A DNA stretch of 64,000 nucleotides, from contig CAWJQQ010000009.1 of NCBI GenBank assembly GCA_963845065.1, positions 288,001 through 352,000 of the forward strand, written 5' to 3'. The position numbers were made by a program, and so were the translations under genes. The stretch comes from Nitrospirota bacterium (GTDB taxonomy: Bacteria > Nitrospirota > UBA9217). Below are positions 21,573-30,009 of the stretch, piece after piece (positions within the stretch are counted from its first letter, which is position 1; every line of letters starts with the position of its first letter). Under the pieces are notes generated by a model. The model had not been told where the DNA came from. It was given only the letters and a program-made list of their open reading frames with translations, and did not search any database.

Positions 21573-21989
21573 ATGGAATGGACGGAAACATTGGCCACGG
21601 GTATCAAGACGATTGACAGCCAGCATCAAGAGCTGTTCAAGAGGATCAATAACCTTGTTCTCGCAATCAAAGAACATCGTTGCAAGGCAGAGATCGACAC
21701 CACCTTGAAATTTCTCGACGATTACGCGCGAATCCATTTTGCCGAAGAAGAAAAGTACATGCGTGAAACGAACTACACCGGCCTGCTGAAGCAGCGCGAG
21801 GACCATAAGAAATATCTCTCTGCATTGGCAGAACTCAAGGTGCAGGCTTCCCAACCCCGCATTCAGGGCAGCACGTACGATCTGTCGGCGACAACGAACC
21901 AGGTGGTTGTTGACTGGATAGTGGACCACATCATGAAATTGGACATGAAATTCGGCGAGTTTCTAAAAATGCAAGGGAAAGAGCACTAG
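21573..21989 (+). CDS. Bacteriohemerythrin
   Basis: W...LATGI..ID.QH.ELF, HF..EE..M, W...HI...D; RBS GGAG. Confidence 0.9.
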   Translation: MEWTETLATGIKTIDSQHQELFKRINNLVLAIKEHRCKAEIDTTLKFLDDYARIHFAEEEKYMRETNYTGLLKQREDHKKYLSALAELKVQASQPRIQGSTYDLSATTNQVVVDWIVDHIMKLDMKFGEFLKMQGKEH

Positions 21990-22422
21990 AAAGCTGAGAT
22001 GACAGTATTTCAGTTTGACTTTTTACCAAACTATCCGCAGAAAGCCCCTGGTTTTAACCATGGGGATGAATGCGGAAACTTTGTTTTTCGGCAATTAGTA
22101 GACAAATGTACATCTATGTGGTATATTTAAACAACCAATGCCGAATAAACCTAAAACCCCATCTTTTATCCACGAGTTTCAACTCGTAACAACCCCAAAA
22201 GACAATCGAATGCTTAATGTCCGACTCGAAGCTGGTCGTTATCTATATAATGCCTGTCTTGGTGAAGCGATGAAACGTCTTGCCGCCATGCGTAGCTCTA
22301 AAAAATGGCGTTCAGCGATCAAGAAGAAAAAGAGCAGGCTACGCACTGATATGGTTGACAGTTGTCAAGAGGGAAAATAGTCTCCTGCCCCTTTTTTAAG
22401 GGTTCATAGTTTAAGTATAATT

Positions 22423-22612
22423 CCAGGGCATAAGGAGGGACGGGGCCGACTTGTGCGACGTTTGATCACTCTGATATTCGCGGGTTTGACCGCAAGACCT
22501 TTCTTCGTCGCGGAGCTGCCTCGCTCTAAAAGCGGAAGTTCGGCATTGCCTTATTCCATAGTGCGGACGAGGATTCTCCGTAAACGTGGCCGCGTCCCCG
22601 CTTATGCCTTGG
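22423..22612 (-). ncRNA. Candidate IS110 bridge RNA/seekRNA, copy 2
   Basis: RNA-sense CCAAGGCAUAAGCGGGGACGCGGCC pairs with GGCCCCGUCCCUCCUUAUGCCCUGG. Loops contain UUUUAGA (donor match) and AUAUCAG (target match). Confidence 0.7.
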
Positions 22613-22846
22613 AGATTGTTTGATGTTAGCTGGCGTCCTCCTTTGGTTTTTTACTTTAGTCGTTTTCGTTTCCGCTTCCGGGCGTCTTCAAATTTTCGAT
22701 TCTGTTCTTTGAAAAATCTCGATGCTCCCGTTTTTACCTTTGAGGATCGATTTATTCTTTCACAAATGCCCCAGGATTGATTTTCCAGAGGCGGTCCATA
22801 CTGAGAGACCCCCTCAAGTTTTGTGTGACGCCTTGTTCTTTCATCT

Positions 22847-23959
22847 TTATGCGCTCTGAGGATTCACTTCCCGGGCAATTGCCCATATGAAGCCGCACAA
22901 TTCTCTGGCGATAGCTGTTACCACCTTGTTTCTAGACTTCCCTTTGGCCGTAAGCTTACGGAATCGTCCGCAGAGCCGCACTTGGGCTTTCCAAGAGACG
23001 TCGAGAATGTTTTTCGGCAACCCCTCTTGTCGTTTGAGGAGCACTCGGCTGACTCGGGCTGGGAAACTGTAAGCTTGAGCCGCTTCGATTAACGCGCGTC
23101 TAACGTGAGTGTTTCCGGTTTTGGTGATGCCCCCTCGTCTGGTGCTGTCTCCGCTGGAGTACTCGGAGGGAACCAGCCCTAGATATCCCATAAGATGCTT
23201 GGGATTTTTAAAACGGCCCAAGTCTCCAATCTCAGCCATGGTGGTCGCAGCAGTTACATCCGCTACACCGCGTAGCGATTGGATTGCACGTACGACAGGG
23301 GCCGTTCGGCATGTTGGAATGAGCTTTTGAATCTGCTCCGTTAGCCGGGAAACACGCGCAGAGCATTCCTGCACAGTGTTGATGTACTCTTGCAGCGTGA
23401 TCTGCTGAGCAGGGTGTGGCATCTTGATGTCCGACAGCCAACGCATGTGGGCTTGGGTCCATGCGGTTTCCCCAGAGTATCGGTGTCCATGCCGCAGAAG
23501 CATCGCGCCTAATCGCTGCCGAGCGGTGCGCTGGGCCTTAATTGCGTCTTCGCGGCCACGTGTCAGGTCTCGCATGGCTTCATCTTCTTCCTGGGGTACG
23601 TAAACAGGGGTCAGTTCTCCAGCCCGATACAGCCTTGCAAGACTTTGCGCGTCACGACGATCGGTTTTGACGCGATCGCCGCTTTTCTTGGGGATCAGCG
23701 AGGGTGCCACAACCGTGCATTTGTAACCTTTTTTGGTCAGATGGCGGTATATTTCATAACCGCATGGGCCGGCTTCATAGACAAAGTGCAGTTCCGTTCC
23801 TTTGCTTTCAAGCTTTCTAACCATTTTGTCCAATGACGACATGTCACTGCCAATCTTACCGTAGTAGCGAACCTCTTGATTGTCGTCGGTGTCTGCTGTT
23901 GCCACTGCTATTGAGTTTTTTGCTGAATCGAGACCTACTATTGTGATAGAATTCTTCAT
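22847..23959 (-). CDS. IS110-family DEDD recombinase/transposase, copy 2
   Basis: Protein identical to copy 1 in the ORF track. Confidence 0.95.
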   Translation of the reverse strand: MKNSITIVGLDSAKNSIAVATADTDDNQEVRYYGKIGSDMSSLDKMVRKLESKGTELHFVYEAGPCGYEIYRHLTKKGYKCTVVAPSLIPKKSGDRVKTDRRDAQSLARLYRAGELTPVYVPQEEDEAMRDLTRGREDAIKAQRTARQRLGAMLLRHGHRYSGETAWTQAHMRWLSDIKMPHPAQQITLQEYINTVQECSARVSRLTEQIQKLIPTCRTAPVVRAIQSLRGVADVTAATTMAEIGDLGRFKNPKHLMGYLGLVPSEYSSGDSTRRGGITKTGNTHVRRALIEAAQAYSFPARVSRVLLKRQEGLPKNILDVSWKAQVRLCGRFRKLTAKGKSRNKVVTAIARELCGFIWAIAREVNPQSA

Positions 23960-25453
23960 GACCTGTCTCCTTGTTTGTGGCTCTGTATTTGGATACCTAT
24001 TCCATCCAAGTATAACCCACGGTGACAAGGGGCAGGTCACTTTTCCAACTGTCAACCATTATGTCTAAAATGTTCAAGACAGCCAGAAACATAGCTGAAT
24101 ATACCGAATACCATCTCCATGATTATGTCGGGAGCCTCCGTAATTCGTGTTGGATCGGAGACCATATTGACAGCCTGGCCGCCCAAAAGATAGCGACCAG
24201 GTCGTTTGATGCCGTTGCTGACTACGAGTTCGGCAAGCATGGGAAACCACGGTTCAAGCGTCGCGGCTGGATGTCTTCGCTCGAAGGCAAAAACAACAAG
24301 TCTGGTATTCGGTGGTGCGATGACCATGTTGAATGGTCTGGACTTAGCCTTACCTGTGTCTTCGACAAAAAAGACAAGTTTGGCGTTCAGGCACATGCGC
24401 TTAGCCATGATGTTAAATATGTTCGTTTGGTGAAGAAAGCCATCTGCGGTAACGCCTGCTGGTTCGCCCAACTCGTGCTTAAAGGCACGGCCAGGATCAA
24501 GCGTGAGAACCAGATTGGCACCGAAACCGTTGGCCTTGATATTGGTCCATCCACGGGTGCTATCGTTAGCGATACCGATGCGTTGCTCGTAGCATTTTGT
24601 CCGGAAGTCGAGATTCCGTACAAACAAATCCGCGTGGTTCAGCGTAAGATGGCCAGAAGCCTGAGGGCTGCCAACCCGGACAACTACAACGAAGACGGCA
24701 TGACTAAGACTGGTGCCGGCAAGGGTAAAAAGCGGTGGATATTCTCTGCTAAATACCGTGCGCTTAAGGCTGAACTAGCCGAGCTACAGCGAGTTTTGGC
24801 TGAAACCAGAAAACGGGCACATGGCACGTTAGCCAATGAAATTCTTAAGCTCGGAACCAACATAAAGACCGAGAAACTGTCGTACAGAGCATTCCAGAAA
24901 CTCTATGGTAAAAGTATTTCAAGACGCGCTCCGGGGATGTTTATTTCGATGCTTCGCCGCAAAGCCGAAAACGCTGGCGGTAAAGTAACTGAATTTTCTA
25001 CCCGGAGCACAAAGCTTTCAGAGACATGCCACTGCGGGGAAGTCGCCAAAAAACCGCTATCCCAAAGATGGCATGACTGTAACTGCGGGGTAAACGCTCA
25101 ACGCGATCTCTACTCCGCATATCTTGCAAAATATGTTTTTGAAAATGTCCTCGACACGCGTCAAGCCGCAGCAGCTTGGCCGGGTGCAAACCTGCTCCTG
25201 GAACGGGCGGTGTTGAGGGTGCAGTTTGAAGCGGCAAATGGCCGGATTCATCCGGCCAGCTTCGGTATTAACAACATGAGAGCCAACACCACGAACCGGA
25301 GACAGAGTTGCTTGCCCGTTAAAAACGGATCAACGATAGTCGATGCCGGCAACCTCTGTATTGTTGCCGGAAAGCCTGTCGGTATTGCCGTTAGAGCCCC
25401 CTGTCTTTAGACATGGGGTAGGTCAGTGATCAACGCGTTTATCTGCCCGAAAG

Positions 25454-25482
25454 TAGACATGTATTCACTCATGTGATATAAT
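25454..25482 (+). promoter_or_regulatory. Predicted strong sigma70 promoter
   Basis: TAGACA-17 nt-TATAAT with extended TG. Confidence 0.6.
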
Positions 25483-25934
25483 GTTTATGTAGGCCCATTA
25501 ACCATGAGCCAATCAGGTGGAGTGATTGTTCCGGTTGCAATAAATGATAATACCAACCATGGATTTACCGCGGAGCAAAATAAAGCCTTGCCAAGAAAGA
25601 GATACGCCAAATACGGTACGAAATGCCAACCTCAATGCTTCCCTCATTATCAAGTAAAGAGGGATCAGGATGTTGGTAGCCGGTGAACTGTCGGTAAAAG
25701 GGAAAAAACGTCCCGAAAGGTTAAAGAAAAAGCAGCAGCAAGGTCAGGAACTGCCCGAAGTAACGTGCGGGAAGAAGGAAGTAAGCCACACGGATAGCCA
25801 TGCTTTCAGATCGTGTCTGCATGTGAACTCTGGCCCGCCACTATAATCTTTCTCATGATTTAGTTGTGGGAAGAGTTCATAATCCTAGGACTTTGCTGTG
25901 GCTCCAAATACGGCCGGCTGATTAAATTTTCCCC

Positions 25935-25963
25935 TTGACGAATGAACAAATATTCACTATAAT
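25935..25963 (+). promoter_or_regulatory. sigma70 promoter with candidate SOS (LexA) box in the spacer
   Basis: TTGACG-17 nt-TATAAT; imperfect palindrome TGAACAAATATTCA (25943-25956) resembles GAAC-N4-GTTC; upstream of dinB and lexA. Confidence 0.7.
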
Positions 25964-25969
25964 GGGACT

Positions 25970-26212
25970 ATGCTGGTTGAACTTGATGAGCCAATTTCAG
26001 TTGGAGCTGTGTTTTCGCGAGGCGAGATCAGGCCCGTATGGTTTACTCGCGGCAGGAGGCAGTTCCGTATCAACGAGATTGCCTTTACCTGGAAGACCCG
26101 GGAAGGGAAGGCGTGTATCCAACATTTTTCCGTAACCGACGGGAATGGTGTTTACGAGTTACAGTATAACACGGCAACGTTTGTCTGGAGGATCATGAAT
26201 GCAGATGGCTGA
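25970..26212 (+). CDS. Small DUF6504-like protein often found with Y-family polymerases
   Basis: I.V...F....IRP..F...RR...I..I...W....G.....FSVTDG..VYEL.YN.....W pattern; overlaps the dinB start. Confidence 0.7.
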   Translation: MLVELDEPISVGAVFSRGEIRPVWFTRGRRQFRINEIAFTWKTREGKACIQHFSVTDGNGVYELQYNTATFVWRIMNADG

Positions 26213-27437
26213 ATGCAGAATTCGAAAAATTCTTCACATCGACATGAACGCCTTCTTCGCTTCCGTGGAGCAGCGGGCAAACCCGTCGCTGCGCGGCAAA
26301 ACCATGGCGGTGATCGGGTCCGTTCACCGGGGAGTGATCCTTTCGCCGTCATACGAAGCGCGGGCCTTCGGCGTGAAGACGGGCATGACCTACGGCGAGG
26401 CCATGCGGGCCTGCCCGGGTCTTCTCCTGGTGCCGGCGGATCCATCAAAATATTCTCATACCTGCGAGGAACTGCTGGGGATGTGGAAGGATTTCACTCC
26501 CCTGGTCGAGCTCTTTTCGATTGACGAGGCATTTCTCGATGTTACCGGTTGCGAGCGTCTGATCGGCGACCCTGTGCAGATAGCGATCCAGATCAAGGAA
26601 CGAATATGGCGGGAGAAGGGGCTCACGTGTTCGATCGGTATAGCACCCAACAAGCTCCTCGCCAAACTCGGAAGCGACATGCAGAAGCCGGATGGCCTTG
26701 TCCTCATCTCCCCGGAGGACGTGGCAGACGTGCTTGAAGACCTTTGTGTCAAGGAGATTTGTGGCATTGGTCCCAGTCTGACACAATGCCTTGCTACCAT
26801 GGGTATCCGAACGTGTGGTGAACTCGGACGCACCCCTCTCAGGAAATTAACGGCCCAGTTCGGGATCGTCGGCGAACGGCTTCGGGACATGGGATTAGGG
26901 ATCGATCATGACCCCGTCGTCCCGCTGGCACTGCAGCACGAGGAGGAAAGCAAATCCATAGGACACAGCATGACACTGATCGAGGATTGTTCAGATCTCG
27001 AGATGCTTGAACGTCATGTCCTCCAGCTATCCGAAAAAGTGGGCCGTCGGCTTCGGCGCGGGTCCTATCATGGGTACACGGTCTGCCTCACCATCCGGTA
27101 TGCCGATTTCCAGACTTTCACCCGGCAGCGGCGCCTTCGTCATGCCGTTAACAACGGCCTCGATATTTATTCTGCCATACGCGAATTACTACGCGGTATC
27201 CGGCTTGAGCAGACGGTACGACTCGTGGGTGTAAGCGTGTCCGGCTTGGCGCGCAACGTCGTGCAGATGCCGCTTTTCGGCGAGGATCGTAAGCGAACGT
27301 TCGTCACCGAGGCCATGGATGACATTAACGATCGATTTGGCGAGTTCACTATAACCTGGGGCACACTGGCAGACCGGTACCATCATGAACGGGTCATTTC
27401 CCCTGCTTGGCGGCCGACAGGGGACAGGCAGTATTGA
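26199..27437 (+). CDS. dinB: DNA polymerase IV (Y-family)
   Basis: HIDMNAFFASVE, SYEARAFGV, SIDEAFLD, NKLLAKLGSD..KPDG, VRLVGV; clamp-binding-like QMPLF. Confidence 0.95.
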   Translation: MQMAECRIRKILHIDMNAFFASVEQRANPSLRGKTMAVIGSVHRGVILSPSYEARAFGVKTGMTYGEAMRACPGLLLVPADPSKYSHTCEELLGMWKDFTPLVELFSIDEAFLDVTGCERLIGDPVQIAIQIKERIWREKGLTCSIGIAPNKLLAKLGSDMQKPDGLVLISPEDVADVLEDLCVKEICGIGPSLTQCLATMGIRTCGELGRTPLRKLTAQFGIVGERLRDMGLGIDHDPVVPLALQHEEESKSIGHSMTLIEDCSDLEMLERHVLQLSEKVGRRLRRGSYHGYTVCLTIRYADFQTFTRQRRLRHAVNNGLDIYSAIRELLRGIRLEQTVRLVGVSVSGLARNVVQMPLFGEDRKRTFVTEAMDDINDRFGEFTITWGTLADRYHHERVISPAWRPTGDRQY

Positions 27438-27784
27438 GCGAAAATGTTTGCCTCAGCGCGATGAACGAAGAGAGTTGAAATTATGGCATTCCATGGAGAG
27501 CGCGTTATAACTAAGCTCTGCTGAGAAGATATTATCAAAAGTTTTATGAAAACCAGAGAGGGCGTTGAGGAATGCCGCTTAAATGGCGTGCCTGATTCTT
27601 TAATAAGATACTCTCTATGCTCTCCTAGTTGATAGGTTAAGAGAAGGATTAGAAGCGCTGGTAATAAGGGGGCATAGAAGGGAGAACTGCCAGTGACGGT
27701 GTTTTTACTCCCGAATTCAATATGTTATCTGTTTTCCATGCTTGATAGTTTGACAATACGCCTGAGAAGAAAAGGAGATTCCCT

Positions 27785-28402
27785 ATGAAACGTAAAGTAA
27801 AAGTTACCGAGCGTCAACAGAAAGTCTACGAATTCATCCGTGAAACCATCGAGAAACGCGGTATTCCTCCCTCTATGCGGGAGATCGGCGACCAATTCGG
27901 CATCCACTCCACGAACGGCGTAGAGGGGCATCTGGTGGCATTGGAGCGGTACGGCCTCATTAAGCGCGAACGGGGAAAATCGCGCGGTATCATCTTGCCC
28001 GGTACGGCGCGGCCCACGGCTTCTGTGCCGCTCCTGGGGAGAGTTGCAGCGGGAACACCGGTTCTGTCACCCGAGAACCGTGAGGGTGATGTGAACGTAG
28101 ATCTTTCGCTTTTTTCCCTGCGGAGTGCCCGACAACTCTTTGCTCTCACCGTGAAAGGTGAGAGTATGGTGAATGCCCATATCCTGGACGGCGATACTCT
28201 TTTGGTCCGCACGCAGTCATCGGCGCAGAATGGCGAAATCGTTGTTGCGCTGGTGGACGGCGAGACAACGGTCAAACGGTTTTTTCTGGAAAAGAGCCGC
28301 GTCCGCTTGCAGCCGGAAAACAGCACGATGAAACCTATCTATCTTGAACGCGGAGAATTCCAGATCCTCGGCAAAGCTATGGGAGTGATAAGGAAACTGT
28401 AG
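27785..28402 (+). CDS. lexA: LexA repressor
   Basis: wHTH PPSMREI, cleavage site VAAG, catalytic GESM and TVKR; RBS AAGGAG. Confidence 0.96.
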   Translation: MKRKVKVTERQQKVYEFIRETIEKRGIPPSMREIGDQFGIHSTNGVEGHLVALERYGLIKRERGKSRGIILPGTARPTASVPLLGRVAAGTPVLSPENREGDVNVDLSLFSLRSARQLFALTVKGESMVNAHILDGDTLLVRTQSSAQNGEIVVALVDGETTVKRFFLEKSRVRLQPENSTMKPIYLERGEFQILGKAMGVIRKL

Positions 28403-28481
28403 TATTTCGGAAATGCAGGATTCGACTCCTGCTCTATTCATATATTTTATTTCTGTTCTTTTTGGCAATAGCTGCTTCACG

Positions 28482-28582
28482 GGAACCAAATCTGTTGGTC
28501 TTGATATCGGCCCCTTCACTAATGCCGTTGTGTCTGACAACGACGCGCATCTGATGTTTCTTGCCCTGAGATCGATATCCCC
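28482..28582 (+). pseudogene. Relic fragment of a tnpB of the same subfamily as copies 1 and 2 (RuvC-I region)
   Basis: GTKSVGLDIGPFTNAVVSDNDAHL, then a frameshift and CPEIDIP, versus GTETVGLDIGPSTGAIVSDTDALL..FCPEVEIP. Confidence 0.75.
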
Positions 28583-28600
28583 GCTCATCGAATATGTCCA

Positions 28601-29874
28601 TTGACACTCCCCATGGATAAATCCAGGGGATTCTCAGGCAACGCCGACTGATGGCGTTAGCGCCTGACAGGCCTGCCCGGCCTGGAGAATATTGATGGAC
28701 GCGTTCAGGTCCCGGCCTACCACAAGACCGCAATAGGAGCATCGGTGAATTCGTACCGCAAGGGTCTTTGGTACTTTCTCACCACAGCTCGAACAAATCC
28801 GACTTGTACCCTGGGGCGCTACTTTGACCACGATCTGCCAGCTTCTTTCGCTTTGTAGGACAGCAGTTCAAAGAACTTTCCCCAGGACGCATCGGAAATG
28901 CTTTTAGAAAGATGAAAATTGTGGTTTTGGACCATGTTCGCAATCTTCAGGTCCAAAACCATGATCGTGCCGTAATCTTTGATGTAAGCGTTCGCGACTT
29001 TGTGAAGAAAATTTCGCCGTTGGTTGCTGGTCCTCTCGTAAGTTTTAGCGACCAAGACCTTAGCCTCGGATCTGTTTTTAGAACCCGACTGTCTCCGGGC
29101 AAGGGCTCGTTGCTGGCGCCCAAGTTTTATCCCGGATTTTTTGAAGTATGCGGGGCTTTTAACGAATGCCACCATCGGAATAGACACAGAAAGATTTAAT
29201 GCCAACATCGATGCCAACTTCGCGATCGCTCGTCGGCAGCTTCTTCTCCGGCACATTGTCGCTGGAGAAAGCGACGAGCCATTTGCCACTCGGCGTGCGT
29301 CGCACAGTGATTGTCTTGATATCGCCTTCGATCGGACGAGACAGGAAAAGCTTGAACCGCCCAACCCGGGCAATGGTGAGATATCGGCCAGCAAGCTTCC
29401 ATCCGGCTTGTTTCAGGGTGAACGAAGGGAAGCCGGCTTTTTGACTTTGACCTTTCAGTTTTACGCGCCGGAAGAACGATTTGTTAGGCTTTGTCCAAGC
29501 GCTCGAGGACGTCCTGCAGAACCTGGGATCCAACGGACTTGAACTCTGGATACGCTACTTTTAGTTCCGGGAGTTGATTGGTCTGGTCATAGACGCTGAT
29601 CGTTTTCCTGTCCTGCCGGTAGATGCTGATGCTCTGATCTAGCGCGGTGTTGTAAAGAGTGCGGCGGGTTTCTAGCCACTGGTTCGCATTTGTGGCTGTC
29701 TTGTAGTTTACTCGAGCCTCATACAGGAAAGTTTTTCGCATAGATTTATGGAATGCTGAAAGTTGAAGCCTGCATCCAAGGTATCGGAATATATTAAGAA
29801 AGTCAATTTACGGGTGGCGAAAGGCATGCCTTATAACCCTATGGTTGAAACCAAGGGTTTTACGTCACTATTTG
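28601..29874 (-). mobile_element. IS200/IS605-family tnpB-only element (different subfamily)
   Basis: Minus-strand left end TTAT|CAAATAGTGACGT-AAAA-CCCTTGGTTTCAACCATAGGG; right end GAAT-CCCCTGGATTTATCCATGGGG-AGTGTCAA. Confidence 0.88.
28634..29741 (-). pseudogene. tnpB: Frameshifted tnpB (four fragments)
   Basis: MRKTFLYEAR..LYN.AL, FFRR..GFP.F, VGIDVG, ISDASW, TSRICSSCG..RD.NASINI in successive frames; RuvC-II Glu lost (VLDL). Confidence 0.9.
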
Positions 29875-30009
29875 ATAAAGCCGATAAAATCCTAGAAAAA
29901 CGATGTGAAAGGTCAGATGGTGGTCCACACGATAATAAAAGTAGAATTTTTGTTTGATTTTGTATAATTACGATGTTATTATAACGTTCATTTGTTGAAA
30001 GAAGATCCT

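Larger units (their letters stand above)
22354..24072 (-). mobile_element. IS110-family element, copy 2, 1719 bp
   Basis: ATG core at 22351-22353 and 24070-24072; bipartite subterminal IRs (ATGGTTGACAGTTG...CCTGCCCCTT); ~490-bp non-coding end downstream of the recombinase. Confidence 0.92.
22138..25410 (+). pseudogene. tnpB: tnpB copy 2, interrupted only by IS110; reconstructs to a 517-aa ORF with intact D-E-D triad
   Basis: 22138-22353 plus 24073-25410 join in frame; GLDIG, KTEKL, QRDLYSA; Zn finger. Confidence 0.9.
22027..25426 (+). mobile_element. IS200/IS605-family tnpB-only element, copy 2, with IS110 inserted
   Basis: Same TTAC|CAAAC left end and hairpins as copy 1; about 1.68 kb without the IS110. 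Confidence 0.92.

Noticed and set aside
14483..22026. Composite transposon carrying SDR-xseB-ispA-dxs-tlyA between the two tnpB elements
   Set aside because: The cargo is conserved housekeeping order, and each element has its own TTAC site; simple independent insertions explain it.
22613..22846. Accessory ORF between the IS110 recombinase and the RNA
   Set aside because: Only a 30-aa minus-strand ORF and an ATG-less open frame; the 64-aa plus-strand ORF overlaps the RNA stem and has no motif.
25730..25790. SRP RNA-like words (GGTCAGG...GGAAG..AGCC)
   Set aside because: Spacing and helix pairing do not fit the SRP S domain.
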